The position numbers and the translations under genes are program-made. Source: Candidatus Freyarchaeum deiterrae (GTDB lineage Archaea > Asgardarchaeota > Jordiarchaeia > Jordiarchaeales > Jordiarchaeaceae). From it: DNA of 64,000 nt. The stretch is from contig CP147778.1 in NCBI GenBank assembly GCA_037305845.1, positions 224,001 through 288,000 of the forward strand. The letters are read 5' to 3'. Under the pieces are notes generated by a model that searched no databases, was not told the origin of the DNA, and worked only from the letters and a program-made list of their open reading frames with translations. Shown here in pieces: positions 21,531-32,500 of the stretch (its first letter is position 1; each line of letters starts with the position of its first letter).

Positions 21531-21832
21531 ATCAAATCTACTAATTATTTTTAGGAATTCCCAAGAAATAGGGAAAACAGAAAACTCGAAGGATCAGAGA
21601 ATCTGAAAGATTTTAAATTTGAGAAATAATTCTAAATTAGTGAAACTTTATATCCAAAACCGTGTTTATGAGACGCAGCGAAATAAAATGAATAGTCTAA
21701 AAAGCGATGACAAGTGTTCCATGGAAAAAGGGGTCCTATGCCGCATATAAGATAGTGGATAAATTAGTAGAGGATAATAAAATTTTCAGGAATTCAGATA
21801 AAACTAAACTTGTGGAGTTTTTATCATCTCTG

Positions 21833-21994
21833 ATGGAGAAGTTGCCTCCTTAACAAAGGATGTCTGTTACCGATGATAAGCTGACTGATAAAATTGAAAA
21901 AATAATGTTGGCAGAAGCGACCATTTAAGTATTCAACGAAATAAGCCCCGAACAAATGGCTTCTTTTGAAGCGGCAACGAAAAAAATGCGTTAA
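21833..21994 (+). pseudogene. Degraded small ORF with two in-frame stops, antitoxin-like
   Basis: Reads MEKLPP*QRMSVTDDKLTDKIEKIMLAEATI*VFNEISPEQMASFEAATKKMR*; looks protein-like across both stops. Confidence 0.3.
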
Positions 21995-22368
21995 AACTTG
22001 ATTTGAATTAAAAATCATTTTTCAGAGGAGTCAGCTGACAAATTCATCAACTCTCTTTTTTATGGCACGCACCTGAGTAATAAGTATTTAAATTCAGCAT
22101 ATACAATGAGAAAACTTAAAAAACTCGAAATACGCGTTTGAGCATACTAGATTCATCAAAGAACAAAAAGGGATTGTGGAAGAGGAATTTAACGAAACAC
22201 GTAGAAGATAATTAAGAACACCAAAAAGGGAATAGCTAAGCTCAAAACAAAACCGTCAACAATAAAAAATAAAAAAACGAGCAAAAAAATACGATAAAAT
22301 AATGAACAAAAATAAAACCAAACAACCTCAAAAAAAATAGTATGTTACGCTAACAGAAGGTGTAAAAA

Positions 22369-23247
22369 ATGAATTATAAAGACGAAGAAGATGATAAGGA
22401 AGAAAACAACGAAGAAGAAGAAGAAGAGGAAGAAGAAGAAGATTCTGATGAAGAATCCTGGGAAGATGAAGTTTTTGCAGAAGAAGAACCAGGAGAAAAC
22501 GAAACCGAGGATGAAGCAAGCCTAAGACTGCTAATAGTCCTACTGGACGACAGAAACGATAAAGAGCGCGCAAACGCGGTAGAGGCTATAGCAGATTACG
22601 CTACCCAAGGAATAACAGACAAGAACGCCCTACCCAAACTCGTCAAAATGCTGGACGACAAATACGAGGATGCACGCCTCAACGCTGCATTAGCCCTTTC
22701 TAATTACGCAGGTCAAGGACTCACGGATCCTTCCGCTCTACCAAAGATCGTGAAAATGCTGAATGACGACCCGGAGGTAGTAGTATTCGCCGTAACCGCC
22801 CTCGCAGCCTACGCTAACGCAGGGCTTACCGACAAGTCCACCCTACCAAAATTCGTCCAGCTACTGGATGACGACGAAATACGCATGTTCGCCCTAACCG
22901 CCCTAGCCGCATACGCCTCCAAAGGACTCCCAGACAAAACCGCACTACCCAAACTCACACCACTGCTCGACGACAGCGACGAAGGAATACGAATGTACAC
23001 CCTAGCCACAATCGGAGCCTACGCCCAAGCAGGAGCCACAGACAAAACCATACTACCAAAAATAGTAGAACTACTAGAAGACGGATACGTCTGCACACAA
23101 GCCTCAGAAACACTCGGCAAATACGCAGAAAAAGGACTCACAGACAAAAACGCCGTACCCAAACTCAAAGAACTCCTAAAAGACGAAGAATACCACGACA
23201 AAGCCCAAAACGCCCTCGACAAATACGCAGAAAAAGGACTCAAATAA
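22369..23247 (+). CDS. HEAT/ARM-repeat protein with acidic N-terminal tail
   Basis: About six ~38-aa repeats (ALPKLVKMLDD...R..A..AL..YA..GLTD); poly-Glu/Asp N-terminus. Confidence 0.9.
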   Translation: MNYKDEEDDKEENNEEEEEEEEEEDSDEESWEDEVFAEEEPGENETEDEASLRLLIVLLDDRNDKERANAVEAIADYATQGITDKNALPKLVKMLDDKYEDARLNAALALSNYAGQGLTDPSALPKIVKMLNDDPEVVVFAVTALAAYANAGLTDKSTLPKFVQLLDDDEIRMFALTALAAYASKGLPDKTALPKLTPLLDDSDEGIRMYTLATIGAYAQAGATDKTILPKIVELLEDGYVCTQASETLGKYAEKGLTDKNAVPKLKELLKDEEYHDKAQNALDKYAEKGLK

Positions 23248-23459
23248 ATAAACAACTCAACAAGCCAAAGTGAAACACCCACAAAACCCAAAAACAAGTC
23301 CACCCAATGAGCAACAACACCAGAAGCGTGAACACGAGGCAAAAGCTTCCAGTCAACTCTTCACTTACTTCACTTAACTTTTTTATTTTAACAGGAAATT
23401 AGTTTAGTTAACAGACACACATGTGTGTATGTATGTATTTTATCGTGGGACTGAGAGGT

Positions 23460-24407
23460 ATGGATAAAGAATTAAGAAAAAAGTTGAGCGAGGAACAACA
23501 GGACACAGTGGAAAAGGTTGAAAGTACCCTGGAGGGAGTTGCCGAGATTGAGGACTGGGAATTCGAAGACCAGGTCCTAAGGCTCTTCTCAGACTCGAAC
23601 CTAACCCTCCACATCGACTTTGAAAGCAAGAACCTCTACCTCTACTCCGAGGACAACTACGGCGCATCCGCCCCCCAAGGCGAAACAGTAGAAGAAGTAG
23701 CCAACTGGTTCCGAATGTACGCCGACCAAATGGAGAAAGAACACAAAAAAATGCTGGACCTGGGCTTCGCCCCGGAAAACGTGGAACACGAAGACGTATC
23801 CGACATATTCTGCCTCTACAGCAAAGCCTACCCCCTCGACCAGTTAGACGACCTGACGAAAGACCTGAAAAAACTCAACCAACTATGGGACGAGACGGAG
23901 AACGAGTGGAAAAAACTCTACCCGGGAACCCAAGACGCTGAAGACCAGAAAAACTACGAGTACGAAGACGAAGAAAACCTGATGGAACTCGTGGAACAAC
24001 TAGGAGACCAGGACAAACAATCACGAATGAACGCACTAATAGCCATAGGAGACTACGCCTGCGACGGACTCACAACCAAAACCGCCCTACCAAAACTAGT
24101 AGAACTACTGGACGACCAAGACACAGAGATAAGAATGAACGCATTGTACGCACTCGGAGACTACGCCACCGAAGGACTCACAGTTGAAACCATACTACCA
24201 AAACTCACAAAACTACTCGACGACCAAGACGAAAGAGTACGCAGCGGAGCAGCATACGCCCTAGCCACCTACGCCACCAAAGGACTCACAATCAAAACAG
24301 CCCTACCGAAACTCGCAAAACTACTAAAAGACAAAAGCGAGGAAACAAGAGACTACGCAGCGTACGCCCTCGACGAGTACGATGAAAAGGGACTAAAACC
24401 CACATAG
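23460..24407 (+). CDS. Acidic N-terminal domain plus HEAT repeats (paralogous repeats to 22369)
   Basis: About 4 repeats LPKLVELLDDQD..IRMNALYALGDYA..GLT; GAGGT RBS before ATG 23460. Confidence 0.88.
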   Translation: MDKELRKKLSEEQQDTVEKVESTLEGVAEIEDWEFEDQVLRLFSDSNLTLHIDFESKNLYLYSEDNYGASAPQGETVEEVANWFRMYADQMEKEHKKMLDLGFAPENVEHEDVSDIFCLYSKAYPLDQLDDLTKDLKKLNQLWDETENEWKKLYPGTQDAEDQKNYEYEDEENLMELVEQLGDQDKQSRMNALIAIGDYACDGLTTKTALPKLVELLDDQDTEIRMNALYALGDYATEGLTVETILPKLTKLLDDQDERVRSGAAYALATYATKGLTIKTALPKLAKLLKDKSEETRDYAAYALDEYDEKGLKPT

Positions 24408-24814
24408 ACACCAACCAAAAAAACTGGCGCATCTTTATTCAGACTAAATAATCCTACCCTTTCGCTTTTCTAAAGGACAGCATACTTTTTTTTATTCTTA
24501 AATGGCCTGATTACAACTTCTTAAATAAGGAAAGAAATAAGAGAATTTTTGAAGCGTCTAATAGCAATGGAAAAAGAAAAAGTCAAGTCTTCTCCGAATC
24601 GCTTACCAAAGCTTCTAGGATAGAATGCCCCGCTAAATCTATTATTCACGGATTAAACCCCGACCCCTAGGCATCTATCAGCGAAACCCCCACAGCAACC
24701 AGTCAAGTAGTCCGCATAGTTATCAATCTGAACACTTTACCTCAACCAATAAATTTATTTCGAGAGTTTTACATAAATAACCACAGTCAACCTCGAGAAG
24801 GGAGTGATAAAGAA

Positions 24815-24970
24815 ATGAAATGTAAGGTAATATCAGCCGCAGGCGTCAGGAAAACCGAAGTACTAGAAGAAAAAATTAATGACTGGCTAAAGTTCCAGAG
24901 CAAAGCCCAAATCAAAAACGTGGTCACACTGGGCGATTGGAACTGGGTAGTAATTTTCTACGAGGAATAA
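24815..24970 (+). CDS. 51-aa small protein, Cse60/DUF2758-like pattern (absent from ORF track)
   Basis: MKCKVISAAGVRKTEVLEEKINDWLKFQSKAQIKNVVTLGDWNWVVIFYEE*; GGAGTGA RBS. Confidence 0.7.
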   Translation: MKCKVISAAGVRKTEVLEEKINDWLKFQSKAQIKNVVTLGDWNWVVIFYEE

Positions 24971-25138
24971 TCATCGAAAATCCCAAACCAATCCAACACA
25001 CTTTTTTACAAACACACCCGCTCCAAAACTTATAAGAAAGAAACACACACTCATAGAAATGAGTCTGGAACAAATAATAGTTCCCTCATTCAAACCCCTT
25101 TAAGATTCTCTCCAAGTTTCTTTGATTTTTAGTTCTTT

Positions 25139-25543
25139 TCAAATCTTATTTAGAGCTTCAATAACGCCTTCCACCGATTTGCAGATTACCTTCATTGGAA
25201 CTTCAATGATTAAATTTATATCTTCTACGTTTGAGAAGGTTCGGCAGTCGGTTTTCAGTCCAATAATGGGTTTACCCAGAGCCGCCGCGTACCCGATTTC
25301 GAAGGCTACACCGCACTCGACATCTATTCCATCCAGCACCGCAACCACCACCTCACTCTTCTCAAGTGCTCTTATGTCATTTTTATAAATAGTGGTTTTC
25401 TCCTCCTTTGTCGGCTCCTTTATGAATAATTCCTCCTGAGCCATCCAAACTTCAAAGCCAGCTTCCCGGAGTCCTTTGGCGATTTTCTCATTGAATGCTA
25501 GTTCGCCTTCGCTGAACAAGGGGGCAGACAAGTAAATCTGCAT
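25139..25543 (-). CDS. Nucleoside 2-deoxyribosyltransferase family protein
   Basis: Motifs IYLSAPLFS, NDIRALEKSEVVVAVLDG, VECGVAFEIGYAAALGKP; AGGAGG RBS before ATG 25543. Confidence 0.9.
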   Translation of the reverse strand: MQIYLSAPLFSEGELAFNEKIAKGLREAGFEVWMAQEELFIKEPTKEEKTTIYKNDIRALEKSEVVVAVLDGIDVECGVAFEIGYAAALGKPIIGLKTDCRTFSNVEDINLIIEVPMKVICKSVEGVIEALNKI

Positions 25544-25990
25544 TAAACATCCTCCTTTATTGATACGCAAATAAAGGGGTAATACGTGAAGCCAATTCAC
25601 TTTTTGTATTTCCCTAAACTGACAATACTGAATTTGATGTTGTTCTAGTGGACTTATCAATCTTTGGAATAATTAGGACTATCACAACATAAAACTACGT
25701 TTATTAAAGAGCTAATATCGCACATGCCTGTGTAGGGCTTGTCTTGTTCTACGGACACAAATTTATCTCAACTTAATAATTGATTTTATTTATAAATTTC
25801 GAAAATTTTTGTAAAAATTTTATAATGGATTTAAAAATGTATTTTTAATAAATAAGTCTATTATTTCAATTAACTTTCTTATCCAATGATAATTGAATTT
25901 AAGTCAATTTGGATCGAAATGTATAATAAGTGGTAACGTACATCTATAATTTGATCTAAATTTCATATAGATATATAAAAAATTAAAATA

Positions 25991-26030
25991 AGATCTAGAA
26001 AGATTTATATATTATTTAGATCTAGATATA
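25991..26030 (+). promoter_or_regulatory. TATA box flanked by two AGATCTAGA motifs upstream of the DGQHR gene
   Basis: AGATCTAGA at 25991 and 26018 bracket TTTATATA at 26004-26011. Confidence 0.5.
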
Positions 26031-26116
26031 ATCTGATGAAGAAAGTGATCTTTAATATATTAAACAGCTTTATTGATCCTTAAATAATTCTGACCCAATA
26101 ATGGAGGTGAATTTAA

Positions 26117-27298
26117 TTGGAGTTTAAACATGTTTGGAAAGTTATTCAATGGGGATACGGCGAAGGTGCAGATAGAACCGCTCTGTATTTACTTAGCGTA
26201 CCAGCTAGGACTCTAATTGGGAAAGCGGACGTTTACCGGAGAACTCCAAAAAGGAGAAATGGATACCAGCGGGAAATTTCAGATGTACGACTAGGAAAAG
26301 GTAAGTATGGAGTAGCCGGCTACCTGTTGAATCAAATGGGTTTATTCCCAACATCTATTCTTGTGAATGTAAGAAAAGAAGAAGCGAAACTTGAGTTCGA
26401 AGAGGAAGAAAAAATAACGGATAATATTTCAGTTGGAAAGCTCGTTATACCTGACGATGTTATGTGGTATGTAATAGACGGACAACACCGGGTACTAGGA
26501 CTGAATGCAGCTTTGAGCGAGGTAGACGAAATCGGAGAGTATCCATTACTTGTTACAATGACAAATGAAAAGATATTCTATGAGATGTTGATTTTTTATA
26601 TGGTAAATAGTAGAGCAAAATCTGTGCCAACAGATTTGGCTTATAAAATTCTTCAGAGAATGTTATATGATGAGGAGGCATCTAAATGGATAGAGAATGA
26701 AATAATGAGGGGAGCGGATAGAAGAAAAGCTGTTGCCGCAACGATAGTTGATTACCTAAATATTAAGGAAGAATCTCCCTTCAACGGAAGAATTCAGGAA
26801 ACTGGAGAAGCTAGGAAACATGAGCATGTGACAACTGATGGCACATTAACACGATACGTAATTTTTATTCTTAAGGAAAAAATCTTCGAAAATATGCTTG
26901 ATGAAGCAGTAGCAGATCTTCTAGCAGATTACTGGGGAGCCATAAAAGAAATTTACCCTAAATGTTTCGATGCCAAGGAACATGAAGACTACGCGTTATT
27001 AAGTACACTTGGGTTGTCAAGCATGAGCAGGCTTTTTCCAGTAATTTATGGGTATTGCTCCAAGGATGGAGATGTCTCAAGAGGAAACATGGAAAAATAC
27101 TTGAGATATCTTCTAGAGGAAACACCGAAACTTAAAGAACCTGACTTTCAACGACCTATTACTGACAAATGGTGGAATAAGGCAGATGGCCCAGGAACAA
27201 TTCACGGATCGGGAGAGGGCCATTACACAAGAATTGCAAATAATTTTGCCCAAAAAATAGCTACAGTTATTTCAAAGAAAAAAGGCGGTGACACTTAA
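26117..27298 (+). CDS. DGQHR-domain protein (DndB/DpdB-related, ParB-like superfamily)
   Basis: Motifs GYQREIS..R, FPTSILVN, VIDGQHR, F..VN..AK.V. Confidence 0.92.
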   Translation: MEFKHVWKVIQWGYGEGADRTALYLLSVPARTLIGKADVYRRTPKRRNGYQREISDVRLGKGKYGVAGYLLNQMGLFPTSILVNVRKEEAKLEFEEEEKITDNISVGKLVIPDDVMWYVIDGQHRVLGLNAALSEVDEIGEYPLLVTMTNEKIFYEMLIFYMVNSRAKSVPTDLAYKILQRMLYDEEASKWIENEIMRGADRRKAVAATIVDYLNIKEESPFNGRIQETGEARKHEHVTTDGTLTRYVIFILKEKIFENMLDEAVADLLADYWGAIKEIYPKCFDAKEHEDYALLSTLGLSSMSRLFPVIYGYCSKDGDVSRGNMEKYLRYLLEETPKLKEPDFQRPITDKWWNKADGPGTIHGSGEGHYTRIANNFAQKIATVISKKKGGDT

Positions 27299-27429
27299 GA
27301 CGCTAAAATTTGGCGTTAAACAATAATGGGAATAAAATCAATTCTCTTTACTCCTATTTTTTGTAAGTTTTCTGTCTCACTTGAATTTGGTTTATTCCCA
27401 AATCGGAAGATAGGAGGAGTCTCGGAAAA

Positions 27430-27894
27430 ATGAAAGTAAGAATCATCCCTTGCGATAAAATGTATATAATTTATTACCTCGGAGAGTACGAATACGGCGA
27501 TGGAATAGAGATATATGATATAGGCTGCGGTAAAGAAAATTACATCTTTTTCTATAAGGATAGAGAACCGATAATGGAGATAAACAATTACAATCTACGA
27601 GAAGAGATGCTTATAGAGGCAGACTATATTGCCGAAATCCGGCGAAACTGGTTAGGCGATTTAATAGTAACTATTATTATGCCTTACGGAGACAATGAGT
27701 ACAGAATACCAGAAAGTCTAATGGAAGTGGATAGAGTTGTTGTGCATGATTTCGAAAGGAAACTCATTTACAGAATGGTGGAAAACGGAGCAAATATTTT
27801 TTTCAAAGCTGGAAGGACGAATAGAATTATTCCGTATGGAGAGGCAAAAAAAGAAATTGAAGATGTTTTTACTTTAGAATTTTTCTGCATGTAG
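27430..27894 (+). CDS. Hypothetical protein
   Basis: 154-aa ORF with AGGAGG RBS; no motif recognised. Confidence 0.65.
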   Translation: MKVRIIPCDKMYIIYYLGEYEYGDGIEIYDIGCGKENYIFFYKDREPIMEINNYNLREEMLIEADYIAEIRRNWLGDLIVTIIMPYGDNEYRIPESLMEVDRVVVHDFERKLIYRMVENGANIFFKAGRTNRIIPYGEAKKEIEDVFTLEFFCM

Positions 27895-28000
27895 ATATAT
27901 TTATCAGAATTTTACTATTCTATTTTGCTTATAAGATACCTAATGCAGGTTAGCTTGCAGAGAATTTGTACTAAATCGTGAAATTCTGAGAAAATTATTT

Positions 28001-28507
28001 TCACAAGTCTATCCCTATCACATAAATAGGTACTTGTATAGCGCTCTTAAAATGTGGAAGATATCTGACAACTTTTTCGAAAGTCAATGATCCTTCCCAG
28101 TTCTGGTTATAATCTTTTTTCATCCGATTCTGGAATTCTCTGGTTGTGACAATGTAAACGCTCACATCGATTTTATCTAGTCCAGAATAAGAGGCTACCT
28201 GAAACTTTAGAAGGTCTATTCCTATAAAGGAGGAGTGCCCGAACTCGACTTCTATGCCTACTCTTTCCTTCAAAAAGTCCATTTTTGCACCCGGATCTCC
28301 CGATTCGTCGAAAACAGATGGCTGACTTTCCCATCCCTTGGTAACGAATAGATTTTCAAGTACCTTGTTAAAATTAGGACGAGACAAAGAAGAAATTTCG
28401 ATATTCGGATTTGTGAGCACATTTTCAATCTCTTGTTTTATAGTTAATTTACTGTTTAAGACCTCTTCAGCGAATCGATAGGAAAATTTCCGTAATCTTA
28501 ATGTCAT
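28001..28507 (-). CDS. BglII/BstYI-like PD-(D/E)xK restriction endonuclease
   Basis: Motifs FVTKGW, MDFLKERVGIEVEFG, DLLKF, PIYVIGI. Confidence 0.82.
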   Translation of the reverse strand: MTLRLRKFSYRFAEEVLNSKLTIKQEIENVLTNPNIEISSLSRPNFNKVLENLFVTKGWESQPSVFDESGDPGAKMDFLKERVGIEVEFGHSSFIGIDLLKFQVASYSGLDKIDVSVYIVTTREFQNRMKKDYNQNWEGSLTFEKVVRYLPHFKSAIQVPIYVIGIDL

Positions 28508-28816
28508 TCATCGTGTCTCCCTATATTGTGAAAAGTAATTTTAAAGTTACATTTTTTCCTTTCAAAAGTATTATTTGTACCATTACGTTATTAATATTTA
28601 TCATTAATTTGGATTTCAGTTCTGCCTTGAGTGTAGACACATGTAAGATTTTTGATTTTATTCATCTTCTTCTTGACTGGATGTATGAAACCTTCTTTAG
28701 ATTATATTAATTTAATACATCTTCAGTATCGATATTGTTTGCTTATAGCTCATATAAAAGAATAGAATTAAAATCTAGCAAATAAGGCTAAATAGTTGAT
28801 TAAAAAGGGAGTGCAT

Positions 28817-29263
28817 ATGAAAGAATATATCAGAGACGGTAGAGCACCGATACCTGAATCCGAGATTGTCTCTAAAAGAATGAGCGCTGTCAGAGGCAAA
28901 CATACAAAACCCGAATTAGCTTTAAGAAAGGCTTTAAGGGAAATAGGCTTGGCAGGCTATAGGCTCCATTGGAAAAAAGCGCCAGGGCGACCAGATATAG
29001 CATATCCTAAGAGGAAGGTAGCGATATTCGTCCATGGTTGTTTCTGGCATCGATGTCCATACTGCAATCCTCCTTTGCCGAAAACACATACCGACTTTTG
29101 GATAAATAAATTTGAGAGGAACAAAGAAAGAGATATCGCGAAGGTACGCGCTCTTGAAGATGCTGGTTGGAAAGTATTCATATTCTGGGAATGCGAGATA
29201 AGGAAGGATGCCTTAGAGTGCGCTAAAAAGGTAAAGGATTTCATTGAAAGTGTACCACGATAA
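28817..29263 (+). CDS. vsr: Very-short-patch (G:T mismatch) repair endonuclease
   Basis: Motifs MSAVRGKHTKPE, PGRPDI, FVHGCFWH, FW..KF.RN.ERD, WECE. Confidence 0.95.
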   Translation: MKEYIRDGRAPIPESEIVSKRMSAVRGKHTKPELALRKALREIGLAGYRLHWKKAPGRPDIAYPKRKVAIFVHGCFWHRCPYCNPPLPKTHTDFWINKFERNKERDIAKVRALEDAGWKVFIFWECEIRKDALECAKKVKDFIESVPR

Positions 29264-29596
29264 TATATAGCACCATAATATTCGTCGCCATATAAACGAT
29301 TACATCATTTAGTTAACACTAACTAAAGATGCACCCTACTTAAATAAGCATTTTAAAATCTTTATTTTATAAAAGACGCTTTATTATGATAGTATTAAGT
29401 TGTTATCAAATTTTATTAAATGGTTTATAAATGCATTAAAATTTGAAAAACATAACTCAAAAAGAAATCATTTTGAAACATTGCTTATTTTTTGTAAAGA
29501 ATAATATAGAAAAGACATTTATTATTGTATAGTAATTACATTATTTAGTAATCTTCATTTGATAAGTGATAAAACTGCTAGTTGGTGGGGTCGGCA

Positions 29597-32500
29597 ATGG
29601 AAAGTGGTGAATTTTTACGTTGTTCGCGTTGTGGAAAATTAACCGATGTCCGAAAAAGCGATGTAGAAGAGAGCGAATGGGATAGATACGTATGCTCTGA
29701 ATGCGAAGGTGAGGAATACGGTCAAGTGTTCGTTAATTGGATTCAAGATAGGATAAGCCCTTCTACGAGTGAAGATACTACAGGTAGGTTCGTTCTGAGA
29801 GAATTGGTTCAGAATGCTGATGATGTTGAAGCGGAGATAATGGTTCTACGATTCTGCAAAAAAGCGTTGTATGTTTACAACGATGGTTTCGGTTTCCGGT
29901 CTTCAGTAGACAACGGGCCAGGCGACTTTGAGAGAATATCCAGTGTATTGGCCAAACCAAAAGAGAAGGAGTTTTACACATCTGGGAACTTTGGTACCGG
30001 ATTCCAAACAGTATACCTCTTTACTAACTTCCCAGAAGTCCATTCCAATGGCAAATCGTTCAGATATGACCCTACAGGTCCCAAGAAAGAAGCATTAGCA
30101 GGCAAGGATAAAATCGGTTCACCGTATCATGATAGGAAGAACAAAGGAGCGGTGTTCAGGCTGCCTTGGCGAACAGAAAGGAACGCTGTGGTCAAAGACA
30201 AATTCTTCAAAGATAAGGAACTCTGGAAAAGGTGGGATGAGGACGACACTTATGAACTGTTCAAGGAATTGAGAGAATACTTACATGATTCCCTCCTCTG
30301 TTGCCAGCATTTGAAAAAAATCCGTATAATCTGGGAGGGAGATAACGTTAATGAGGGCTATCAAGCAGAGAGGGACTTCATATTAAAATACATCGATAAT
30401 GATGGAAAGATAGGAAAAGTTACAGAAGGTAAGGGAAGAGGCGGCCTTTTACCAGAAGACTGGAAGTATGAGGACAAGAAAGAGTTCAAGTATTTTATAG
30501 GTTCAACTTTCGTCTCGAACCGTTCTGTAAAGGAAGATAATATAACTATCATACATATAAAAAATGAAGATGATAAGACCTCTAAGATGGACATCAAGAC
30601 CCTAACAGGGAGTTCTTGTAGGTTATGTAAAGAAAGTTATGAAAGGTATTTTGAATCATTAAAAAAGGAAAACGCCATCAAGAAGAGCGATATCCATATT
30701 CTTATACCACTCTTCAAATGGGAAAAAAGGGTTGGAGAGAAACGGAGGAAAGCATGGACATATAGTGTTATACCATTACCAAAGGAGAGTGGGAATAACT
30801 TCACGTTCACAGCCCACCTTTTCCCTAAGCAGACAAGGGAATCTTTCGAAATCCATCAAGAAGAGGCTAAGAGAGAATGGCTGGAAAACGTGCTTCAGAG
30901 CGGAGCACGCCTTTTTCTAAGAACATACGAGCTCTATATAAAAATGGTCCATGGGATGGAAGAGCTCGATGATGAGACGAAGCAGGCAATGATTCTAGAC
31001 TACCTCCCAGCACAAAAATTATCAGATTGGGTAAAAGTCCCACTTGATGACACCGAAAAAAAAGCCAAGTTTTTGTTCGGTTGGGACAGGATACCTGGAA
31101 ACGATAACGATAGGCTCAGAGAAACTCTAATACATGATTTTGGTATTGATTGGGCGAAAAACGCAAAAATCGAAAAAACCGATCGTGGTAAGATTATAAG
31201 GGTTATCACTGTGAAGAACCAAATCTTACTGAAACTGAACGATGAAAACACAGAGGTATCGCTAATCTATGGGGCTAGAACCAGTAGGTTATCTGTGAAA
31301 ATGGAAAATAACGACATAAACATATATGAACCTCCCTTAGATGAGTACGTTTTCGCTGAAGTTTTCAGTAAAGAGATATTAGTTTCTGATGGCGAATGGC
31401 ATACACCTTTAGGTTCAGAAGAATTTATACCGTTCCCGAGGAATGAAAAGGAACGGTGGTTATTGGATAAGATGGACATAGTTACCTTTACCGACTCTTT
31501 CTTGAAGCATCCCAGGTTCAAAGAATTGCAAGAGTTCAGAAAACGATTGATGGATGAAATAGCAATGACAGATGGGAGATTCGAATCCTATTACAACAAA
31601 TATTTCTTTGATCAGATTAAGGATACGAACGGGAAGGTGACATATGGAAGCGCTACCATAGATAAGGAGTTGATAGAGAACCTTATTGAGCATTGCTTAG
31701 TGAGCCCTTGTGCTCGAATAATGGACTCGTTGAAAATCATACCCAATAAGCAAGGAACACTTTGTAGCCCAAAGGAACTTAGAAAAGAGCCTGAAGGTGA
31801 CTTTAGAGAATTAAGGAGTATTATACCGTCTTATCTCTATCCTCACGAGGACTTCGAGTCGAAGGTCAAGGTATACATCAACGAAATAAATGACCCTATA
31901 GAGCTGCTAGAAGGCATTAAAGAGAACAAGGTGATTTTAGAGAATGATACGAAATTGACCAGGATGTGTTATGAATGGTTGGAGAAATCGGATAAGAAAC
32001 TGCCAAAGGACATCAAGGATTACCCTCTCGTTCTTGATGATAACGGTCATATGGTACCAATCAATGATGTGTTTTGGACACCTACTCACCATCATGACTT
32101 AATCAAGGATTTTCTGATTTCCCAGAAAGGCGAATCACATTTGGTCTCCAAGTCAATCCTTACGGATTTCGAGGACTTCATCTGCAAAAGTCTTAAAGTC
32201 CAAATCTTGGATTACCATGAAATAATCACAAAATATCGAAATGCCATTGAAGGGACAGAGCAGCAAAAGATAGAGTTACAGGCTATAATGGCAGAGGGGA
32301 TTATGCTTGGACTTGCGAATAGGTCATGGCAGGCGGACGAGGTGAATGAATTGCATTTTCTGCCGGTGAACGGGGTATTGGAAATCCCTCGTAATGCTTG
32401 TGTTGGCTCTGTTAATGACAAAGAACTGGATAGTTTTTTGGGATCCATCGACGGTTATGTACAAGAGATGATTGAAAAAAGCGGTTATAAGAAGGCTATT

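Noticed and set aside
26117-27298. Phosphorothioate (Dnd) or 7-deazaguanine (Dpd) system
   Set aside because: Only the DGQHR gene is present; no dndCDE, cysteine desulfurase or dpdA recognised in the window.
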